DNA of 64,000 bases from Bispira polyomma (taxonomy: Eukaryota), in contig OZ287752.1 in the NCBI GenBank assembly GCA_965649765.1, positions 22,382,001 to 22,446,000 of the forward strand, given 5' to 3'. A model generated the notes under the pieces. It worked only from the letters and a program-made list of their open reading frames with translations, did no database searches and had not been told where the DNA came from. Shown here one piece after another: positions 23,241 to 34,404 of this stretch. A program made the translations under genes and the position numbers. Within the stretch, counting starts at the first letter, position 1. Every line of letters starts with the position of its first letter.

Positions 23241-24726
23241 TGTGATGTGAATATTGACACCTAAATTGTAAATGAGCCAAAACTGAACACTTACCAGTTT
23301 TAAACCTTCCACTGCCTTTTATAACCTTATCTCAGCTGTACCTGGTGATACTGTATACAGGTTGGGTCATGTATATGTAACTAGAATTTATCTTCTCTTA
23401 CCTTCTAGCACTTTCGCTACGCCGTTTCAAAACTGGAGAAATATCTTCTCAAACTGCATTCCAGCCGAGGCTTAAAAGTTTTGGAGCTCATTTGCATATT
23501 TCAAGGTGATATGGCAGCGCCTTGTCTTATTTTAATGTTTGAATACTAACCCAGGGTTATTTTCTTTAGATCTTAAGTACAACTACTCCTAATTGAGGTA
23601 TTGTTAATTAATCCCTTGCATTGCTTAATCTTATAATGTTGTGTCTGCACAACTGCCACACTGTTTCGTGTATTGCAATTCTTTTTCCCATCTTCTCACA
23701 TTGTATATTGGTAATCGGACCAAATATATAACCCTTTAAATCGATCCGTGTTGTGGACAACTTTCCTTTCATAAGTATACTCGTGTGTAATGTACTAAAT
23801 TCTTAACTTTATTGGTTAAACAATGCAGTGAAATCAAGCTAATTTTAAAATCAACACTAAAATGGTAACAATTAAGTAAGATTTCTACCTCACAATTATG
23901 ACGACTGTATGCATCCTAATGGTTTAAAAGGTGAAAGTGATTGGCCACAGTCCAATTGTTAAAGTGTGAAGTTCATAAGATTAAAGTTAAATTGTGAAGT
24001 TTCAGGATGGAACCTTATTATTGACGCTAAGGTTTGTAAGACATTAAAAAACATTTATTTGTATACAATACACCCATACACAATAGAAGGTATTAAATCA
24101 CAATTACACATATAGAACATCGAAAGGAATAATAACAGAAAAGTTACAGTAAAATCTTATCACATTACTATTTTTTTTAAAACAGGACTAGCCCCATAGT
24201 ATTAATTGACAAGTACTAATGTAATAGCATATGGTGTGTTAGTATGTTGACAGTGCCTAGACCAATATTCCCCCTGCCATGTTAGCAAGCTAGCTTCCAA
24301 TTCAGCACATAAAGCTGTATTTTGAAATAACATAATTACCCCACAACAAGGAAATAAACATGTCATAAATTCAAAATTTTCTACATTTTTTACATCATTA
24401 GATTTCCCCTGCTATGTGAAACCATACAAATTATTCTATTTCCTAAATATACATAATATAAATGTGCTTCGGTTTTGAAACCCAAAGATAAAAAATATAC
24501 ACACTTGGCTAGCTCCTGAATTTGTCGACTGCTCAAGGGTGAACAGATTTGGAGGCAATTTTTAGGCGATTTTTACTATCGCCTAGAATTCCAAGATTTT
24601 GAAACCACCAAGTTAGGTGCTCTGTATGGATATTGAACAAAAAATATGGATATTAATTTAGTTTTTGTTAATTTGTCCCAAGAGAGCCCCTAAATATGAA
24701 AGGGGTGTGGTTATTGTCTTATCTTG

Positions 24727-27700
24727 GATCTAATCTAATCTAATCTAGTCGTACTTTTATAGCGCTTAATCTTTGTACAACAAATTCAAAGGCGCAACAA
24801 ACCCAAAAAGGTTAATCGCAAATCAAAAATAGTGGGCAGATGGAAGTCGTAACCAGGGAGACTACCGTAGATGGTTGCGATGGCTAAGGTGGAAAAGCCT
24901 GTTCAAAAAGATAGGCTTTCAGCTTACTCCTGAAAGAGGAGAAAGTTTGAGCCAGGCGAACATGATTAGGTAGGCTGTTCCAAATGAGGGGGCCATCATG
25001 AGCTACGCAGTGATTGAACTGAACTTTGGATTTGTGGATGCGAGGGTCGAAAGTGGGAATGTTAAGGTATAATTTATCAGGGTTACTGCGCCTAGTCCTG
25101 ACTGAGCATGTATATTTGGATAGATGGGGGCTAAAATAAGTGGGTAATCCAGAATTTAGAAATTTATATATTATTGTTGCTGTTTTGAAAGCAACACGAT
25201 ATTTTATTGGGAGCCAGTGCAGTGACTTCAGTACAGGAGTAATGTGGGAAAATTTAGATGTTTTGGTCACAATACGTGCCAATGAGTGTTGGATATTCTG
25301 AAGGCGCCTGAGATCACTACGAGATAAGGAACGGAACAGAGAGTTGCAGTAATCAAGCCTGCTGCTGACCAAAGCATTGGCAACAGTGATTGCAGTGGAT
25401 TTTGAAAGATAGCGTCGAATCCGCCTGAAATCACGGAGGCCAACAAAACATGATCTACACACTGATGCGACATGGTTCGAGAAGGAAAATTCAGAGTCGA
25501 ACACCACACCCAGGTTTCGTACTTTGTCAGCTGGAAAAAACCTGCTGCCAAGAATGTCAAGTGGAAAACAGCTGGACAATTTTTCCCGTTGCGACTTGGA
25601 GCCAAACAAAATAAACTCAGTCTTCTCAGGGTTCAGCTTGAGTTTATTTGCTGCCATCCAGTGTTGTACATCAACAAGGCAGTTCTGTAAGGAAGTGAAA
25701 GCTACCTGGGCAGAGTCAGGTGTACAGTTGGGTATCATCAGCATAGAAGTGAAAGTTTATGTTTTTGTATGCAGCAATAATCTTGCTGAGTGGAGTGGTG
25801 TACATGGAAAACAAAATGGGACCCAGGACGGAACCTTGGGGAACACCAAATTTTAACCATGTTGGGTCGGATAAGATATTGCGAATTTTGACTAATTGGA
25901 ATCTATCAGTTAAATATGCCGTGAACCACTTAAGCGCCATACAGCTGATACCGAACCAGGACGATAGGCACTCAAGAAGAACTTTGTGATCAATAGTATC
26001 AAAGGCTGCTGACAGATCCAGCAGTACTAAGGCAGTAGGCATACCTTTGGATAAAGATGTATGAACATCATTTTTGATGCAGAGAAGTGCAGTTTCAGTA
26101 GAATGACCACTTTTGTACGCTGACTGATACTTATTGGACAGATTGCTGACGTCAACATGTTGTTTGATCTGTAAGGCAACCGCGCGTTCTATCAACTCAG
26201 AGATATAGCAAAGGCCTGAGACAGGACGGTAATTTTTCAAGTCAGCCTTTGGAAGACAAGGTTTTTTTATTAAAGGAGTGACAATAGCCTTTTTAAAATC
26301 ATCTGGAAAGACGCCATTTATCAACGAGAGGTTGATAAGTTTTGTGATTGAGGGCAATAAAATGTCAATACATTCTTTGACAAGGAATGTGGGCCACGGA
26401 TCTAGCAAGCAAGATTTTACGGGTGATGCCAGTATAATTTTCCTGACTTCATCAACAGTTACTGTGGAGAAACAGTTGAAGACGGTTGGTGGAGCTGTTG
26501 GTAAAGGGGCATTTGGGGCAGCTAATATAAAACCGTCACGTATTCTGGTAATTTTATCAGTGAAAAAAGTACTAAAAATGTTTGCCAGTGATTTGCTATT
26601 GGAATTTTCGGGTAGTATAGTCTGTTTTTTGCGGTGGAGGGTGTTATTTAGTTTTTGCCAAAGTTTCTTCGGGTCACCCTCGCTTTGAGATATCATGTTA
26701 GCATAGTAGGCACGTTTTGAGTCATTCATAGTGTTGTTGCACCGGGTGATCCATTGGCGTAGTCTAGATCTATTTGTAGCTGTTTTGTTTCGGCGCCATG
26801 TTCGTTCGGCTTGCCTGCGCAGCATCTTCATTTCACGATAATTACTGGTGATCCACTCAGGTGCTGGCTTCTTCAATGTCTTTGATTTACATGGCGCATG
26901 ACGTTCTATAAGAGACAGCAGGTCAGTGCAGTATTGTGTGTATAGGTCAGTGGCATTATCAGCAGGAAACTTGACGAAGGCCGTATCTGCCAACTCTCGT
27001 CTAAGGTCAGACATATTGATTTTTTGAAATTGCCGAAAAGTGATTTGTGTGACATCAAAAGATGGTGGGGAGGGAGCATCAATTTCACAGGATATCGAAA
27101 AATGATCACTGATGCAACCAATGTTTTTTATGTTTTTGATACCACTGAAATCAGTAGGAGTTAGCAAGCAATCTAGTGTATGCCCATGAATATGGGTAGG
27201 GAAGTTTATATGTTGGGTAAGATTGCAAGATTCCAGAACTGTGGAAAACCGATTACTATTTCCAGATGCGGTGTCTATGTGAATATTGAAATCCCCACAG
27301 AATACAGTAGAAGAGGGTAACGAGCAAGTAAACCCAACAAAAGACATGAATTCTTTGAAAAATGTAGTGAGATTTGAGCCAGGAGGCCGATAAACTGTTG
27401 CAAAATTTAAACACTGGTTTTTCCAGTGAGCAGAGACAAGGATGAGTTCGAAAGATGTAAAACTTGGTGTAGCAACTAATCGACATTCATAGTTTTCCTT
27501 AATAAAAAATCCCGCCCCCCCACCCTGTTTACCTACATGAGGGGTATAGAATAGCTGAAAGTCAGCTGGGGTAAGTTCAGAAAGGAATGATGGAGTATCA
27601 GAACTCCTAATGTGCGTTTCTGTGATGCCGAAAATATCTATGGAGGATGAGTCGATCAAATCGGCTATGACAGGGCCTTTATTCCGCAACGAGCGGGCAT

Positions 27701-28370
27701 TTCCAAATCCGAACTGAATTGGGCCAGGGTTACTCGCAATATCACCTGCCAGTAGGATAGTAATGACTTTGGATGTTTTAGCCTTTGGTAGGTAATTGAC
27801 TGGGCAGAATTTAGATCGAAAATAACAGTGTGTGTGGAGGGACCAGAAGTGTGGAACAGGATTGCAAGACAAATTAATGTCTTCCAGGTGGTATTGCATT
27901 GACAATGTATCAGATAATTTTAAGTCGTTGCGGTAACAGAACGTAAGGAATGACAGGTACAAGATGGCAGCCCTAATGGCAAACATATTGGAAAAAAAAA
28001 AAAAAAAAAATTGAACAAAGGTAGAGTATAAACAAAGCAATTCGGAGAAAAACAAGGAATAAAATATTGCGTGAGGATACAAAAGGTGTGCCAAGCGCTA
28101 AAAGGAAACGTGATGGTACAAAAAAAGGGGTACCAAGCACAAAAACAGAAAACAATATATAGTGGTGATGGTCGATAATAGGGGATAGTTTTCAGTATAA
28201 TCCCAAATTCAAAAAAATAAAAAGTGTTGTACAAAGACTAAGCATAAAAATAGAAAAACAGTTTATATACTAACATGTGAGGATGATTTTTAAGTAAAAC
28301 AAACCAAAACGTGGGTATAAAAAGACTAGATTAATTTAATTTTTGACAATTACGAGCCGCCTGGTCTCCA
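24727..28370 (-). mobile_element. L2/CR1-group LINE, near full length, single ORF (5' boundary approximate)
   Basis: APE and RT ORFs, a short 3' UTR ending aagcgctataaaag, and a (TAGAT)n tail at 24727-24747; T-rich 5' leader with no recognisable ORF1. Confidence 0.93.
24884..27986 (-). pseudogene. LINE ORF2 (APE endonuclease + RT + C-terminal domain) with one frameshift at 25720/25721
   Basis: NARSL, ITET, VYRPP, GDFNIH, PTHIHGHTLD, ISDHF (APE); NYRPVS, LLDLSAAFDTIDH, GVPQGSVLGP, YADDTQ (RT); SRLDYCNSL, HITPVLKSLHWLPI. Probable start Met at 27986. Confidence 0.93.
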
Positions 28371-28775
28371 GTTAGGTGTGTATATATATACACACACTTG
28401 TAACATATATAGACACTTGTGTACACATATACATATTTAAAAATCGTTTAAAGTCATGTCACTCAGAGTATGTTGAATTTGACATTGTGATGCCCTCTAA
28501 TCAATATAGGTGTAATTATAATTGTACCTCCACAATTATGTATATACTACTCAGCTCAAAAAATGTATTATCTGACTTTTGTGTAGAAATTAAAGGTAGG
28601 TCACCAGTTACTTTATTTTATTCTATGTGTTCACAGCACCTCATTGATGAGTCAATGATGAATAAGTGTTTGCGATTTAACGATTAGTGTTTATCAAATG
28701 ATGATTTTATTGTTCTCTTTATGGTCGGGGCAAAAACATGTTTAACAGGCAGTGATTGTCTATATACTATTTCAG

Positions 28776-28814
28776 GAACAACATCCACTGATGAACCAAG
28801 TACCAGTACCACAG
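28776..28814 (+). CDS. Gene B Ser/Thr stalk micro-exon (GTTSTDEPSTSTT)
   Basis: tttcag acceptor and ag|gtatgt donor; 39 bp, phase 1-1. Confidence 0.7.
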
Positions 28815-29234
28815 GTATGTTTGATTTACTACATAACCGTTATAACTCAATTATTATTTATGTGTCTCACCTGCAGGGAATTGTTGGATTTCCTTTTACA
28901 TGTGTTAATACAATTAAACAATAACACATGTCAGATATATAATGTAGATTATTCAATGACTTGTATGAATTTTCCTATTGCATGTAATTGATATCAGTTT
29001 ATTTTGTGTTCCTTTGGAATAAATATTATTTTCAAAATGCAAAATATTTTTATGTCTCAGAACCAACAACTGAATTTTTATTTTCAGTTATAATATAGGA
29101 CAGCAATCCATATTTGTTTTCATGTTGTTTTCATCGTTTTAACCAGGTTGTTCTTAATACAAAAATTGTTGGCGGGACCTATTTAAGGTGACATTTTATT
29201 ATATCTAAAGAGACGTGATACATTTGTATTTCAG

Positions 29235-29264
29235 AACCATTAACAACAACTGAATCCACCACAG
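29235..29264 (+). CDS. Gene B Ser/Thr stalk micro-exon (EPLTTTESTT)
   Basis: tttcag acceptor and ag|gtatgt donor; 30 bp, phase 1-1; paralogous to the 28776 exon. Confidence 0.7.
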
Positions 29265-30014
29265 GTATGTATTATTTATATGAGAAAAATGTCGTTTATT
29301 ATTATTAACAATCTGTATGAGCAACATATGATTGATATTAAATTTAATCTCATATGCAATTGCCCATTAATGTTGCAACATGTTAATACATGTAAACTGA
29401 TAGAATAATACCTTATTTTATATCAGACGGAGATTGGCTATGACAGCTGTGATATGCTGGCCTATTGGTGGAGGGGAGATTGAATTGTCCCTTATATTTG
29501 TGAACTTCTTTCATGTGAATGTGTATTTTTCCAAATTGCTCGCAGTTATAAAATCGGTTCTCAAACAATAGAAGAAATGTTTCTGTGTATAATGCATGCA
29601 GTTATATAAACCTGCAAAGGTATATACGGCTATTTGGTTCGAAATTGTGACCTTTTTAAATTAGTCAAAACTTTCAAAACTAGTCTCAATCACCAGCAGC
29701 AACCAATATTTGAGCACATGGAAACAAACACTTAAGACATAAGACTAATTATGACGATACAACCTTCACCTTAACTGACATCTGAAGCAGAATGTGCTCC
29801 TATAAATAAAAACAATTTTATATAAATGAATTATATACTGTCACAAAAGAGCTAGCCCATGCAGATTTAAATCTACCATGAAGAGGTACATTCTGTAATC
29901 ATGAAGTTGAAGTAATCACTTATCCAAAACAAAATTTAAAAAAAAAATTCTAAACCAATAAATTTGTGATTACTTGGTGATATCATGATTATAGAATGTA
30001 CTCTTACATTGTAG

Positions 30015-30307
30015 GGGAACCCAAATGGACAATAATGGCCATCCTCTTGTTCTCATTGTGTGGTATGGTGGCTTTAGTGGTCATAGTATGTGATGTATTG
30101 CTCTGCACGCTCATTTGTCAGAAAGGTGAAACTAAGATAGACCAGAAAAACCAAGAACACCAGAACTCTCAATCCCAAGCCAGTGCTAGGCAGTATAGAA
30201 ACAATAGACTGAGTGGTGTGACAATTGATAATATTGATCAATCAAGCAGCCACCAAGTAGTGACAAATACAGCTTATGTATTCCATGCACCTTTTAGGCC
30301 TTCATGA
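30015..30307 (+). CDS. Gene B terminal exon: TM helix and cytoplasmic tail with NTAY motif
   Basis: ttgtag acceptor, phase 1; WTIMAILLFSLCGMVALVVIVCDVLLCTLIC, then a polar tail ending VVTNTAYVFHAPFRPS*; AATAAA at 30393. Confidence 0.78.
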
Positions 30308-32670
30308 TTTATTTCCAATGGTTATGGCTTATAAACTTAATTTACATTAATTTGTTACTTTGTATTATCATTAGAATGTGTTATACATATGTAATAAATT
30401 TAAATGGCACTTTAAAAAGTTGATAAACAAAGTTTACAATGGAGACTGTAGAGACTGTAGAGACTAATTATAGTGATATCAGCTATACTTTTATCATTGC
30501 ATGATCAATGTTAATATAAGTAGAAATCTAAACCAATGGTTTTTGAGATCCAGATTGTCATGTTAGTTATTTGCCATATATATTTGATTCACTATTGGGG
30601 AATTTGAGCGTCTCTATGACTACTCTCTCTTTATTACAGAGATTAATCAATTGGTTTATGTTAAATGTATGTTTTAAAAACAACATTTAGTACCCAGGGA
30701 TGTGAATATGTTCACGTAGTATTGAAGCTATTGCAATTGTGTCAAAAAATTACCAAAATGAAACAGATTATTTATTTAAACCACGCATATATATTGTATA
30801 GTGTGTACATATAAATATTGAAGTGTACTAAATAAATATTGAGGTTATACTTACTGTAGTGATTTTCATCATTTATATCATGCCTAAATCTAAAGAATAT
30901 TAAACACATATTTATTTATGACCCTATTGTTAGATAATGATGTTCATTATTATTAATAAAATTACCATTGTCTTTGAAAAAAAATGAATCAAAATCAACC
31001 GTAGAAGTGTTTGTACCTACTTCAGTTGATCTCTTTATTAATTACTTAGTTTGTTCCTCCATTCTGAGCGATTTTTGGTACGGTAGAAACAGTGCAAGTT
31101 TGGCACCAATCTTAAAATATCATGGTTTTTATAAGAGGGCAAATATCTCCAAAATGTTTTTTAAAAAGAGAATTTCTCAGAAATGTTAAGAGATAGAGGG
31201 ATTCGTGCCAAGTAGATAACGTGAGTGTAATATGGCCCATTTTGGTATCCATTTTAAATTTTCATGCTTTTTCGGTCAGGAGACCTCTCACGTGAGCGTT
31301 AGCTGGGCAGTGCTTTGTTGTATGTTTGGTCTAAGATGAAGCATTTCGGGGTGTAGATTTATTGATAAATTTATGAAAGATAAATCTTGTTTTATTGTTT
31401 TTAATGTGTATTTTCCTGATATTTGTGGTTAATATACGTGTTTGATATAAGGTACACAAATAAAGAGAACTAAAAAGAATTCTTTGAACTTAAAAGTACG
31501 ATGTTTTACGTTGATAAAGCCAACACACCAATTTTACTTCTGGAATTCCTCTGTCAGGTATTGCGTCACAGCTGACCTAGTTATAAAGTAGGTCAAATTC
31601 GTGTTCCCAAGCTGCTGTGAGAAAATGAAATCAAACTTACTACTGAACCATGCGTGGATTTGATAGGCCCCCGAAAATTTAAATTGATTAAAAAGTTGTA
31701 TTTGCATGAATAGTTAGTCTGAAATGTTCGTTTTAGTATCACCAGAAAGCTCTTATTATGTACTTTGTAACAGGATTGAGGAACTTTAATTTAAATAAAA
31801 AGTGATGAAGATATTGTCAGTTAAAGATGGATTGTATTTCCAAAATTGTTAAAAATTTATAAAGGAGATTATTGATTGAATGTTCATATCTCAGTCAGAT
31901 AACTATAGTAGACTTACATAAAATAGACTTCACTTTGTTCCGACCGGCCTTTTTAAAAGAATATTCTTGTTATAATATGGGAAAATCTTATAAATGGGAA
32001 GAAAAAGCAAGTGCAAACCAAATTTAGATCCCATTACGTTTGAAATGTGTAATACATGCCAAAAGTGAATTGTGGGTAATGTTACCTTGTTGTTTATTTT
32101 GACAATGACTTATTCTTCTCTCCATTTAGTGGCACTATCAGTTCATATAACTCTTGGTTCAGAATCCCTGTGCATAATATACTGATAAACACTTGTACTT
32201 AGACCACATGGCACTTGATGTCAATTCATATTTTGATCTCGTCATGTGCTTGCGTGCTATACTAAACAACCTGGTGAGGGTATAATTGATACGAAAAAAG
32301 GCATGCTGTAAAGATACCTGTGCCACATTTGAACCTGTTTCTACTGACCACTATCATCATATTGGCATCATATTATGAGAAACTTTATGAGCAGCACACT
32401 ATAGGTTTTTATTGTGACGTTTTGTTTACACACCTTATTTACTACCCCATGTATGACTTATGTATGTACCTGTATAGCATATACAATACAGATATCTCAT
32501 TCGCCTTTGTATCATACACAATTGATGTGCCTGGATAGTATAAAATAACATCCCAGAATCAACATTGGGGTTATAGAACAGGGATAATATGACATTTTGC
32601 AGTGTTTTGGGTGTCTTTAAAGCATGTCACACATTTCTATAGACCACAGCACCACCTATAAATCTGGCTA

Positions 32671-32761
32671 ATGACAACTGGAGAGCGTGTTCCAAATTGG
32701 TCCTGTTTGAAAGTCATACATGTACAGCTATTTTGTGTATTACTACTAATTGCACAGACAG
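32671..32761 (+). CDS. Gene C signal-peptide exon (MTTGERVPNWSCLKVIHVQLFCVLLLIAQT)
   Basis: ATG at 32671, hydrophobic end, ag|gttgcc donor (weak) in phase 1 matching the 32987 acceptor; upstream acceptor at 32641-32642 and a possible non-coding first exon ending at the gtgagg near 32274. Confidence 0.6.
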
Positions 32762-32986
32762 GTTGCCAGAAAATAAAATAATAATTGACATATGAATGAA
32801 ATGTAATAGGAAACAACAATACTTAACAAATAACCGTAACTGGTTTATTTAACATGATAACGTATTTTATATGTATCATTTTTATGAATTAATGTTTTAC
32901 CAAAGACAAAACAAACAAATAACATTAATTCTGGCTAACCCAATGTGTAATTAATGAGTACTTACAAATATGCTGTACATTTGTAG

Positions 32987-33669
32987 GGCCTGTTGACACA
33001 ACTTCTACTCAAAATCCCACCCAAGTACATTATACTACGACAGCAGTAGCCATCAGTACAACACAGACTACATCTGTTGATGAACCCATCACTACTGTTA
33101 ATACTGTGGTAGTTGATACAACTACATCTACGGTTGCTATACTTTCAACAACAAATATGTCAGCTACTCCTGAGGTATCTACTACTGAATCACTCCCAAC
33201 CTCTGGAGCTTCTACAACATCTGCCAATACTACCACTACTGGTTTTGATGATGGTAACAAGGAGCTAGCCTATATTGCCATACCTGTAGGGGTAATTGCC
33301 ATAGGAATAATCATAGCTGTCGTCTTTGTATTGGTTAATAGTGCCAAAGCAGGAACCGCCGGAGCAGCAGCTTATGGTGCTGGAGGATACTATAATGGAG
33401 CACCATATCATGACCTGGTTAACATTGGTATACCTCACCATGGTGATTATGAGTACATCAACCCATCATCAGTGTATCATGAGTCAGCTGCTAAAATGGG
33501 TAGAGTATACCAAACAAGAAGTAGCAAGAGTTCAAGGTCAATGTCACAGCCTTATGGGTACCCTATGTCAAATAGTCCCTTTATAACAAGGGGCCTTTAC
33601 AGCTCTGGTGGTATGAGCAGAGTGCATGGAGTACCAATGTATGATACATATCTTCAGCCACATCGTTGA
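32987..33669 (+). CDS. Gene C main exon: mucin-like S/T stalk, TM, Tyr-rich cytoplasmic tail
   Basis: ttgtag acceptor, phase 1, open to TGA at 33667-33669; Thr-rich stalk; TM LAYIAIPVGVIAIGIIIAVVFVLV; tail with YHDL...YEYI. Confidence 0.85.
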
Positions 33670-34404
33670 GTAAAATTGTATTGACACATATTGACAGTAT
33701 TCTATAATGTAAACATTTTAATAGTTATGGCTACAGTTTCACTACATTTGTAGGTATTGAGTCTAAAATCTGAAAAATGATCTTGACTGTATCAATTGTA
33801 TATTCAGCTTCTGTTAACATAACTTTATAATTTATCAGAAGAAACTTTACGTCACACAGCAGAGGGGTGCCTCGTTGTTTTAAATGTCTTAATTGATTAC
33901 AACTTGTGATATATTGGATGTGTGATTTAATATATATAATTTTGTTCCATATGTATCAGTCTTTTTACAGGTAATTGGTGAGCTGAAATATGCCATGTTA
34001 ACTTTCATTGCCTTTGTCATTAATTTTTGAACCGATACTATTTTAAAAACTAAAATGTAAAAATACAAGCCTTACTTATTGCTACTTAGTGTATATGCTA
34101 ATGTTGTATTCTTCAAACTAATTGCCTGTGTGTCTTTTAAATGCTTGGTTCAATCAATAAGTACTATGTCATTTGTCCACACTACATTTAAATGTATAGT
34201 GCCAGAAAAATAAAAGTATGATTATTTTATATTTTTTTATAAAATAGTAGTGTTAGTGAATCAAGTATTAACCTAGTTTGCAATGAGCAATGAATTGATA
34301 CTTTGCATATGCTGTATTCTTGAATGTGGAGATTTCATTCGTTTTTGCAAGTGACATTTAAAAAATAATTTACGTTAATAGTTAAAAGGAGTCATATATA
34401 TAAC

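Noticed and set aside
25267-27486. Overlapping and antisense ORFs within the LINE (also 33030-33260, 16670-16915, 37822-38145)
   Set aside because: These are shadow frames of real coding sequence with no independent signals.
28324-28333. gactagatta as an inverted repeat of the LINE tail (24741-24750), suggesting TIRs
   Set aside because: A 10-bp AT-rich match is compatible with chance, and LINEs have no TIRs.
32208-32274. Coding first exon for gene C (ATG 32208, donor gtgagg)
   Set aside because: Phase 0 and not signal-like; the ATG at 32671 gives a proper leader in phase 1, so this is at most a 5' UTR exon.
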